DNA of 64,000 nucleotides from Elusimicrobiota bacterium (lineage in GTDB: Bacteria; Elusimicrobiota; Elusimicrobia; UBA1565; UBA9628): NCBI GenBank assembly GCA_016218575.1, contig JACRDN010000011.1, positions 12,209 to 76,208 of the forward strand. Reading direction: 5' to 3'. The translations under genes were made by a program, and so were the position numbers. Position 1 is the first letter of the stretch. Each line of letters starts with the position of its first letter. The notes beneath the pieces are model-generated. The model did not search any database, was not told where the DNA came from, and saw only the letters and a program-made list of their open reading frames with translations. This document shows, in pieces, positions 35,840 to 43,182 of the stretch.

Positions 35840-37185
35840 TGATCAAGAAAATACTCATCGCGAACCGCTCCGAGATCGCGGTTCGCGTCATAAGGGCCTG
35901 CCGGGAGATGGGGCTGAAATCCGTGGCCGTGTACTCCGAGGCCGACCGCGAATCCCTGCACGTACGCATGGCCGACGAGGCCGTGTGCATAGGGCCGGCA
36001 CCCTCCACTCTCAGCTACTTGAGCCAAGAGGCGATACTCGCCGCGGCCAAGATCACGGGCGCCGATGCCGTCCATCCCGGCTACGGATTTCTCTCGGAAA
36101 ACGCCGACTTCGCTGAGGCCTGCGCCGAGGCCGGACTCGTCTTCATCGGCCCGCCCGGGCGGGCCATACGCAGGCTTGGGCATAAGAGCGAGGCCAAGGC
36201 CCTGGCGCGGGAGGCCCGGGTGCCCGTGGTCCCCGGCACCAAGGGCCTCGTGGACGATGATTTCATGAGAGAGGCCGCGGCCGTGGGGTTTCCGGTGATG
36301 GTCAAGGCCGCGGCCGGCGGCGGGGGCAAGGGCCTGCGCCTGGTGCGAAAACCCGAGGAGCTGGAGGCCCAGCTCAAGCTCGCCCGGAACGAGGCCGAGG
36401 CCGCCTTCAAGGACGGCTCGGTCTACATCGAGAAATTCATCGAGCATCCCCGCCACGTGGAGATACAGGTCGCGGCCGATGCTCGCGGCAACGCCGTGGC
36501 CTTCCCGGAGAGAGACTGCACGGTCCAGCGCCGCCACCAGAAGCTCCTCGAGGAATCCCCCTCCCCCGCGGTGAGCCCCGAGACCCGCGCCAAGATGCAG
36601 GAGGCGGCCTTGAGTCTCGTCGAGGCCAGCGCCTACGTCAACGTCGGCACCGTCGAGTTCCTGCTCGACCGCGATGGAAAGTTCTATTTCATCGAGGTCA
36701 ACACCCGCCTGCAGGTGGAGCACCCCGTGACCGAGCTCGTGACGGGCCTCGACCTCGTGGTGGCGCAAATCCTGGCCGCCCAAGGCGAAGCGCTGCCCTT
36801 CGACCAAAACCGGGCTTCCCAAATACGCGCGCACGCCATCGAGCACCGCATCAACGCCGAGGATCCCGCGCGCAATTTCGCGCCCTGCCCCGGCCGCATC
36901 CGCTCCGTCTTCGTCCCTTCCGGCCCCGGGGTGAGGTTCGACTCGCACATCTACCCCGGCTATACGGTCCCGAGCTACTATGACAGCCTCTTGGGAAAGC
37001 TCATCGTTTCGGCCGAGAGCCGTCCATCCGCCATCCGCCGGGGGCTGCGGGCGCTCTCAGAACTTCAGATTGAAGGCATTTCCACCACGGCAGAGTTCCA
37101 CACCCGGGTGCTGGCGCACCCCGATTTCCAGAAAGGCGTTTTCGACACCCATTTCACGGAGACCCTCAATGCCCACCAATCTTAA
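35839..37185 (+). CDS. accC: Acetyl-CoA carboxylase biotin carboxylase subunit
   Basis: Start ATG 35839 (TGATG overlap). MIKKILIANRSEIAVRVIRACREMG, HPGYGFLSEN, MVKAAAGGGGKG, EVNTRLQVEHPVTE. Confidence 0.95.
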   Translation: MIKKILIANRSEIAVRVIRACREMGLKSVAVYSEADRESLHVRMADEAVCIGPAPSTLSYLSQEAILAAAKITGADAVHPGYGFLSENADFAEACAEAGLVFIGPPGRAIRRLGHKSEAKALAREARVPVVPGTKGLVDDDFMREAAAVGFPVMVKAAAGGGGKGLRLVRKPEELEAQLKLARNEAEAAFKDGSVYIEKFIEHPRHVEIQVAADARGNAVAFPERDCTVQRRHQKLLEESPSPAVSPETRAKMQEAALSLVEASAYVNVGTVEFLLDRDGKFYFIEVNTRLQVEHPVTELVTGLDLVVAQILAAQGEALPFDQNRASQIRAHAIEHRINAEDPARNFAPCPGRIRSVFVPSGPGVRFDSHIYPGYTVPSYYDSLLGKLIVSAESRPSAIRRGLRALSELQIEGISTTAEFHTRVLAHPDFQKGVFDTHFTETLNAHQS

Positions 37186-37768
37186 GCTCAAAATCGCCTC
37201 GGAGCTAAAGGAGAGTTCGCGGGTGCTTTCGCGCACGGCGGCTTTGGCGCCGGACTTGGAGCGGGCGGCCCAGGCCCTGATCGCGGCCTACCGCCGCGGC
37301 AATAAGATCCTGTCTTTCGGAAACGGAGGCTCGGCCTGCGACGCCCAGAATTTCGCCGACGAGCTGGTGGGGCGCTTTGCGAGAAATCGCCCGCCCCTCC
37401 CGGCCCTGGCGCTAACGGTCAACACCTCGGATTTGACCTCGATCGCCAACGACTTCGGCTACGAGCAGATTTTTTCCCGCCAGCTCGAGGCCCACGCCAA
37501 ACCCGGCGACATCGCCGTCGCCATCTCCACCTCGGGAAATTCCCCCAACGTTCTGCGCGGAGTCGAGACCGCCGCGAAGCTCGGCCTCTTCACTTTGGGG
37601 CTCTCGGGGCAAAGCGGGGGCCGCATGAAGCCCTTGGTGGACCTATGCATCTGCGTTCCCTCGACCACGGTCGCGCGCATCCAGGAGGCCCATATCGCCG
37701 TGATCCAGGTCTGGTGCGGACTTATCGAGGAAGCGCTGTTTCCAAAGGCCCCCAAGGCCCACGCATGA
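37169..37768 (+). CDS. gmhA: D-sedoheptulose-7-phosphate isomerase (SIS domain)
   Basis: Start ATG 37169. ILSFGNGGSACDAQNFADELVGRF, AISTSGNSPNV, ARIQEAH. Confidence 0.85.
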   Translation: MPTNLKLKIASELKESSRVLSRTAALAPDLERAAQALIAAYRRGNKILSFGNGGSACDAQNFADELVGRFARNRPPLPALALTVNTSDLTSIANDFGYEQIFSRQLEAHAKPGDIAVAISTSGNSPNVLRGVETAAKLGLFTLGLSGQSGGRMKPLVDLCICVPSTTVARIQEAHIAVIQVWCGLIEEALFPKAPKAHA

Positions 37769-37784
37769 GGCCGCGGAGCGGCCG

Positions 37785-38246
37785 ATGAAGGTAAAGTCTT
37801 TAAAGAAGTTATTGACTTTGCGCCAGCTCTGGGGCTGGGAAGGCAAAAAGGTGGTGTTCACCAACGGGGTCTTCGACATCCTCCACGCCGGACACGTCGA
37901 GCTCCTGCAAAAAGCCCGCCGGCTCGGGGACGTCCTGATCGTAGGCCTCAACTCGGACGATTCGGCAAGAAGGCTGGGCAAGGGCCCCGAGCGCCCCATC
38001 AACGCATGGGAGGACCGCGCGGCCGTGCTCTCGGCTCTGACGTGCGTGGATGCGGTGGTGGGCTTTGCAGAGGACACCCCGGCCGAGATACTCTCCGAGA
38101 TCCGCCCCGACGTCCTGGTCAAGGGCGGGGACTACCGCAAGGACCAGATCGCGGGGCGCCAGTTCGCCGGCAAGGTCGCCGTCATCGCTCTCAAGAAGGG
38201 CTGCTCCACGACCGGCATCCTCGAGCGCCTCAAGCGGGCTGGATAG
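37785..38246 (+). CDS. hldC: D-glycero-beta-D-manno-heptose-1-phosphate adenylyltransferase (RfaE domain II type)
   Basis: 153 aa. KVVFTNGVFDILHAGHVELLQKARRLGDVLIVGLNSDDS, DVLVKGGDY. Confidence 0.85.
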   Translation: MKVKSLKKLLTLRQLWGWEGKKVVFTNGVFDILHAGHVELLQKARRLGDVLIVGLNSDDSARRLGKGPERPINAWEDRAAVLSALTCVDAVVGFAEDTPAEILSEIRPDVLVKGGDYRKDQIAGRQFAGKVAVIALKKGCSTTGILERLKRAG

Positions 38247-38250
38247 CCCA

Positions 38251-38317
38251 GTTATCCACAAAAACTTCCCGGGAATTTTTGTGGATAACTTCGCGGCCGA
38301 AATCCCACCTCTGCGCT
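38251..38317 (+). repeat. Direct-repeat copy A: 39-nt DnaA-box palindrome plus a 28-nt tail
   Basis: GTTATCCACAAAAACTTCCCGGGAATTTTTGTGGATAAC followed by TTCGCGGCCGAAATCCCACCTCTGCGCT. Matches copy B at 39164-39229; the last 25 nt are identical. Confidence 0.9.
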
Positions 38318-38342
38318 ACGCCGAAAAAGTCGTCATGCGGAA

Positions 38343-39011
38343 TCAATTCTCTATTTTTGAGACACATTTTTTCCAATTATCACCATAATGCACATCGCCG
38401 TTATCAATCTCCACTATTTCAAATGCGCAAGCTGCCTTGACTTCCTCCCCCAATTCCACATAGTGATCCCGGTTCGCGATAACGATTCTCATGCTGTCAG
38501 TTTTATCCCCCACTAAGGAAAGTGAGACATATTTGGGATGGCCAAGGTTTCCAACCCAGTTCTTGATATGCAATTCACGCGAATAAGGATTTATTCTTAT
38601 TCCATACTTACGCATGATGGAAGAGATTTTTTCACTCCGCATTGCCCAATTCGCGCCGTTGTGATCTGTGCAGCGTTTTGAATATCCCGACATAAAGAGG
38701 TTGCAATCAACGCTTTTGGCCAATTCTTTTACAAACCGTTTATCCGCCGGAGCCCCGGCATATCCCAAGTCTTCTGGTACGGTTCCAGAAATTTTGTATA
38801 GAATTTGCCCATCGTTCTGTTTTTCTGTGCGTATCAAAGTAAAGTCCACGCTGCTGTGGCCTAAACTTTTCCACCACGGGCCGTCATATCTTTCAAATAG
38901 CTTGTTACATGCAGCATCATATTTGTCCGGGTGCATGGACTTGCACACGTTCTCAGCATGACTGTTGACCGCCCAAAAATATGAGATGCCTATTAAGATA
39001 ACTTTTATCAT
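38343..39011 (-). CDS. Hypothetical secreted Cys-containing protein encoded on a low-GC cassette
   Basis: 222 aa. N-terminal MIKVILIGISYFWAVNSHA is signal-like. Hand counts of lines 38341-38400 and 38401-38460 give 20/60 and 27/60 G+C, far below the flanks. The gene has its own promoter. I recognise no family. Confidence 0.6.
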   Translation of the reverse strand: MIKVILIGISYFWAVNSHAENVCKSMHPDKYDAACNKLFERYDGPWWKSLGHSSVDFTLIRTEKQNDGQILYKISGTVPEDLGYAGAPADKRFVKELAKSVDCNLFMSGYSKRCTDHNGANWAMRSEKISSIMRKYGIRINPYSRELHIKNWVGNLGHPKYVSLSLVGDKTDSMRIVIANRDHYVELGEEVKAACAFEIVEIDNGDVHYGDNWKKCVSKIEN

Positions 39012-39016
39012 GCCCC

Positions 39017-39045
39017 AGTATTGATCTACGGTGGTTTTTTGTCAA
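39017..39045 (-). promoter_or_regulatory. Promoter TTGACA-N17-AATACT, 5 nt upstream of ATG 39011
   Basis: Minus strand reads TTGACAAAAAACCACCGTAGATCAATACT, then GGGGC, then ATG. Confidence 0.55.
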
Positions 39046-39163
39046 GTGGTCTGAAATTCTGTGTCAATCGAAAGTTAAAATGTCCGGTCTTCTGTTGCCG
39101 TTGTAGTCGTGTTTTAGTCCGTTTTCCTTGTCGTTCCTTGGGCCGTTGCCGGTAGGACTAGAC

Positions 39164-39229
39164 GTTATCCACCAAACTTCTCTGGAAGTTTTGGTGGATA
39201 ACTTGCGGCCGAAATCCCACCTCTGCGCT
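39164..39229 (+). repeat. Direct-repeat copy B: 39-nt palindrome plus a 27-nt tail
   Basis: GTTATCCACCAAACTTCTCTGGAAGTTTTGGTGGATAAC followed by TTGCGGCCGAAATCCCACCTCTGCGCT. Confidence 0.9.
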
Positions 39230-39248
39230 GTGCCCTGGGGCACAGCGC
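39225..39248 (-). terminator. GC-rich hairpin directly 3' of the 39252 gene (terminator-like, no U-tract)
   Basis: GCGCTGTGCC-CTGG-GGCACAGCGC, a 10-bp stem starting 3 nt after the stop. Its left arm overlaps the end of repeat B. Confidence 0.35.
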
Positions 39249-39251
39249 CTA

Positions 39252-39689
39252 CTACCGCGCGGCTTTAAGCTCGGCGAGCTTGGCCTCGATCTCCTGGACT
39301 TCCTTGGCGAGCAGGGGCTTGGGGTGGGCGGCCTTGAAGGCAGCGAAAGTCTGCTCGGCCTCGGCCGTCTTTCCCTCAAGCGCAAAATCCGCGACCTGGG
39401 ACAGCTCCCGCATCTCCGCGCGGCACAGGGCGTCCTTCTTGGATTTCTTGCCGGTTTTCCAGGCCGGTTTGTCGGGATTGACGGCCTCTTGGGGGCTGCC
39501 CCTCACCGCGGCCACCGCGGTGACCTTGGCCCCCTTCTGGTAGCGGTCCGCCACGGCGGACTCGGACAATCCTTCCTTTAAATGCTGGAACCAGGATTTA
39601 AGGGACGCGATCTTCGAGCTTTCCTCGGCATGCGAGATTCCCATCACCCCTGAGATCAGCAACAACATAGCCATAATGATTCTGAGCAT
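39252..39689 (-). CDS. Small secreted hypothetical protein (Lys/Ala/Glu-rich)
   Basis: Start moved to ATG 39689, which has AAGGAG 6 nt upstream. Signal peptide MLRIIMAMLLLISGVMGISHA. 145 aa. Confidence 0.6.
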   Translation of the reverse strand: MLRIIMAMLLLISGVMGISHAEESSKIASLKSWFQHLKEGLSESAVADRYQKGAKVTAVAAVRGSPQEAVNPDKPAWKTGKKSKKDALCRAEMRELSQVADFALEGKTAEAEQTFAAFKAAHPKPLLAKEVQEIEAKLAELKAAR

Positions 39690-39717
39690 AGATTCTCCTT
39701 TCAATCGGTCATTCAGT

Positions 39718-42700
39718 TTATTTCAAGAGAGTGTCCACGGAAGGAGCCAGATTGGCCTCCAAGGCAACCGCCTTTCTGCCGTATTGCTCGGCCTTTTCCC
39801 GGTTCTTGAGCTTGAGCGAGGTCTTGGCCAAGTTGAGCCAGATCTCGGGGTCGGAGTCGTCGGCCTGGGCCGCCTTCAGGTAGTAGGGCTCGGCCTTGTC
39901 GTATTCGGCCGACAAGAAAGAGAGGTTTCCAAGATTGTTCATCGCCGCGGCGCTATGGGGGTCGCGCGCCAGGGCCTTTTGGAACTCGCCGGCGGCGGCC
40001 TCGAGGTTGCCTGCCTGGTACTCGAGAAGCCCCGATTCAACGCAAAGATCGGCGTCGCCCGGATTTTTTTCGAGCTCCGCGGCGTAATATTTCTTTAGAG
40101 AACGGTAGCGCTCTTGGAGGATGGCCTGGGCCTCCCGCGAGAATCTTTGTTGGCGGGCCTCCAGCGGCGGGACTTCCGCGCTCCAATCGCTGGAGGGCAT
40201 GGTGGCGGGCTCGAATTCTCCCCAAGCCTTCTGGATGTCGATGACCCGGGCCTTGCCCTTGGCGCTCTCGGCCTTATAGGCGTAGGCGGCCTTGCGCGCG
40301 GACTCAAGGAAATCCTCACCAAGCAAGGTGGGCTCCAGGGCAAGCCAGTAGCTCCCATCATGCCAAACCAGGAACTCCTCCGGAAGTCCCGCCTCCGTCA
40401 AATCGGACGCCTCAAGATCGAGCATCAAGGCCATGTGCCCCGGGTAATCCAAGGCCGCGGCGCGGACTTGGCTGGCGAAGAGCATCGAGATGATCATGGC
40501 GGCCAGATCGTCGCATTGCCCGCTCTTGCGCTTCAAGGTCTCCCGGGGGAACTGGGTGTAGTCCACGGGAAAGCTCGGGTCCTCTGAAACTTTCTCGTAG
40601 GGATTGCCGGGGTTGGCGAGGAATTTGACCCCCGTTTCCGACAGGGCCCCCCACAAACGAAGAGCCGTGGCCAGGCTGGGATTCAAGGCCTCGGCATGAG
40701 GGCTTTGCGGCGCCTGGCGCAAGACCTCGCGCGCGAATTCCAGCACCGGAGGGTCCTTGGGGGTCACGAAGTTGGCGATGCGCTCGGGGCGATCCCAGGT
40801 TATGGCGTTGCGGGAATAGACCCTCAAGGGCTTGGTCAAGGACAAGGTCTGGGCCTTTCCGTTCTCATAATACATCAGGGAGAGCTCTGCCTGGATCGGG
40901 GTGTCCTCGGTCACCTCCAGGACCTTGTTGTTGAGCGTGGCGATGAGAGGAACCTCGACCGTCTGCAAAGGCTCGAGCCTCTTGATCTCCGTGTCGTAGC
41001 CGAAGTCCATGAAATCCTTGAGGCGAAAGCTCAGCTTCACGTTCTGGAAAGCCGCGTTGACGTTGTTGGAAACCGAAACGGCTCCCATGGGATTCTTCAA
41101 ATACCATTTGTAATTGGCCGAGAAGATGTTGCCCACCGCGACCGTGGAGAAAGCGATGGGAGGCTGGTTGAAAGCTCCGGCCACTACAACCTCGACCGGG
41201 ACGCCCAACGGACCGACGTCTCTGGTCTTGGCCTCGGCCGCGACGCGGTAGAAATAGGAGGAGTAGGCCGTCACCGCCGAATCCGTGAACTTCCCCTCGC
41301 GAGCCTCCCCCAGATCCTGGTAGGGCCCTTCGGCCGCCGTGGCGCGGTAGACGCGGTAGCCGGAAAGCCAGCCGTCCTCCGGCACCCGCCAGGAAAGAGT
41401 CGCCGTGCCCTCCACCGACGCGGTCGAGACCTGGGCCGGAGCCGCCAAAAAGGGATGGATGTCGAAGGAAAGGATACGCCCCTTTCCTTTGTCGGAAATG
41501 AGGAGCCTCGAATCCTGCGCAGCAAGAGCCACGGGAGCGGAAAGCTCTCTTTCGAGACTACCCCCCGTGAAAAGATCGCTCAGCCATTGCCCATCCTTGG
41601 AGAACACCGAGACGCGTCGGAGCTTGCCATCCAGGACGTAGAGAAAACCCCGGCCGTCGAAGGCCAGCGCAACCGGATCTAGGAATTGCCCGGGACCCGT
41701 TCCGGCCTCCCCCCAAGCCGCGGCCAAGGCGCCGGAGGGCTCGCACTTGAAGACTTTCTTAAGCCCGCGGTCCAAAAAGTAGAGAAAACCGCGCTCGGCG
41801 TCCCAAGACACGGCCGCTGGCTCCTGGAGCTCGTAGGATCCGACTGCCGGCCCGATCCCGAACAGGAAGACCCCCTCGGGGCTGAAGGCGTCAATACGCC
41901 GGTTGCCCGAGTCCGCGACGTAAACCGTGCCCTCCTCGTTGATGGCAAGCCCGCGGGGGGCGCGCACGCGCCCCTCCTTCTTCTTGCTGTCGAAAAATCC
42001 CGTGCTTTGGGCAAAATTGGCCTTCCAAGAGCCGTCAAGGCCGAAAAGCTGGAGCCGGTCGCCGGATCCATCCGCAACGAAAAGCCCGAACTTGGCGCTG
42101 GCCGCCAAGCCCGCCGCATCCTTGGTGGCGGAGGACTCTTTACCGGAAAAGCGCGCCTTCTCCTTGCCCTCGCCGTCCAGAAGCACGAATTTGCCGGGTT
42201 CGGGCAAATAGGCGTAAAGCTCTCCCCCATAGGGAGCCAGGACCTGCGCCGTGAATTTCCAAGACCGAGAGGGACCGGAAGCCCAGAATTTGGCCGCGGC
42301 CCGGGCCGCGATCTTGGCCCCGCGCTGCTTATTGACCACCTCGACCCTTTGAACGCGGTTGTTGCCTGAATCGAGGATGAGAACCTCTCCCCGGGGAGAT
42401 AGGAACAGGGCCTGGGGGTCCTTGAACTGCCCGGGGCCCGAGCCCCAGCTTCCGAAACGGCCCAAGATGAGGCCCTGGGCGTTCTCCTCCACGATCTTGC
42501 CGTTCTTGGCGTCGAGGATGTAAAGCAAGCCGTAGGAATCGAGGACGAAGTCGCTTCCCGGCAGGGAATATTCCTTGACGAAGCGTCCGGACGGGTCGAA
42601 TTTTTGGACGCGCTCGTTGCCGCGGTCGAGAACGTAGACGAAATCGGCCGCGTCCACCATGACCTTGGCGGGCTGCCGCAGCTGTCCCGGCTCCTTGCCC

Positions 42701-43182
42701 GAGCGTCCGAAAGAGCCCAGCAGGATTCCCTCCGACGTGAAAATCTGGATGCGGTCGTTGCCGGTGTCGGCCACGTACACCCGGCCGTCCTCTCCCACGG
42801 CCACGGACTCCGGACGCTTGAAGCGGCCCGGCTCGGAGCCCTTCTCGCCGAAGGAACCCGCCGGATTACCGTCCTTGTCCAAGATCTTGATCTTTGAATC
42901 GCCGGCGTCGGCCACGAATATCCGGCCGCGGGAGTCGAGGGCGGCTCCCCTGGGAGAGGTCAAATAACCCGCGGCCGAGGCCTTGACGAGCTTGCCGGAG
43001 TAGTCGCAAATCGCGAGAGAGCCCTTCTTGCCGTCCACAAAATACAGGAGAGAGGAGTCGGCGGCCGCAGCCACGGACGCCCCTGGCAAAGGGATGGGTT
43101 CCAGGAACCGCACCGCATCGTAGGCTCGGGCCGGCGCATGGGCCAAGCACAGACAAGCGGCCGCGAAAAAACCGGATTTCAT
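39718..43182 (-). CDS. Giant secreted multidomain protein: NHL-repeat beta-propellers, FN3-like module, transglutaminase-like cysteine protease core, C-terminal TPR
   Basis: 1154 aa. Signal peptide MKSGFFAAACLCLAHAPARA. More than 10 NHL-type units (YVADTGNDRIQIF, YVLDRGNERVQKF, LILDSGNNRVQRV, YVADSGNRRIDAF). SWRVPEDGWLSGYRVYRA is FN3-like. SGQCDDLAAMIISMLFASQVRAAALDYPGHMALML...YWLALEPT is a TGase-like C-H-(E) core, with the Cys codon at 40513-40515. TPR-like repeats in the last ~110 aa. Confidence 0.75.
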   Translation of the reverse strand: MKSGFFAAACLCLAHAPARAYDAVRFLEPIPLPGASVAAAADSSLLYFVDGKKGSLAICDYSGKLVKASAAGYLTSPRGAALDSRGRIFVADAGDSKIKILDKDGNPAGSFGEKGSEPGRFKRPESVAVGEDGRVYVADTGNDRIQIFTSEGILLGSFGRSGKEPGQLRQPAKVMVDAADFVYVLDRGNERVQKFDPSGRFVKEYSLPGSDFVLDSYGLLYILDAKNGKIVEENAQGLILGRFGSWGSGPGQFKDPQALFLSPRGEVLILDSGNNRVQRVEVVNKQRGAKIAARAAAKFWASGPSRSWKFTAQVLAPYGGELYAYLPEPGKFVLLDGEGKEKARFSGKESSATKDAAGLAASAKFGLFVADGSGDRLQLFGLDGSWKANFAQSTGFFDSKKKEGRVRAPRGLAINEEGTVYVADSGNRRIDAFSPEGVFLFGIGPAVGSYELQEPAAVSWDAERGFLYFLDRGLKKVFKCEPSGALAAAWGEAGTGPGQFLDPVALAFDGRGFLYVLDGKLRRVSVFSKDGQWLSDLFTGGSLERELSAPVALAAQDSRLLISDKGKGRILSFDIHPFLAAPAQVSTASVEGTATLSWRVPEDGWLSGYRVYRATAAEGPYQDLGEAREGKFTDSAVTAYSSYFYRVAAEAKTRDVGPLGVPVEVVVAGAFNQPPIAFSTVAVGNIFSANYKWYLKNPMGAVSVSNNVNAAFQNVKLSFRLKDFMDFGYDTEIKRLEPLQTVEVPLIATLNNKVLEVTEDTPIQAELSLMYYENGKAQTLSLTKPLRVYSRNAITWDRPERIANFVTPKDPPVLEFAREVLRQAPQSPHAEALNPSLATALRLWGALSETGVKFLANPGNPYEKVSEDPSFPVDYTQFPRETLKRKSGQCDDLAAMIISMLFASQVRAAALDYPGHMALMLDLEASDLTEAGLPEEFLVWHDGSYWLALEPTLLGEDFLESARKAAYAYKAESAKGKARVIDIQKAWGEFEPATMPSSDWSAEVPPLEARQQRFSREAQAILQERYRSLKKYYAAELEKNPGDADLCVESGLLEYQAGNLEAAAGEFQKALARDPHSAAAMNNLGNLSFLSAEYDKAEPYYLKAAQADDSDPEIWLNLAKTSLKLKNREKAEQYGRKAVALEANLAPSVDTLLK

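Noticed and set aside
38251-39229. Chromosomal replication origin (oriC): inverted perfect DnaA boxes flanking an AT-rich ~0.85 kb segment
   Set aside because: The AT-rich segment is almost fully occupied by a plausible 222-aa ORF with its own promoter. There are only two boxes per site rather than a cluster. No dnaA, dnaN, rpmH or gid neighbours are present. Copy B carries a compensatory change that breaks the DnaA 9-mer while keeping the palindrome. A third copy lies 9 kb away in an ordinary intergenic spacer.
38251-39229. Integron gene cassette with attC sites
   Set aside because: No intI or attI is in the window. The palindrome ends (GTTATCC / GGATAAC) do not fit the RYYYAAC / GTTRRRY core sites. 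The cassette has its own promoter and is oriented opposite to what a Pc-driven array would need.
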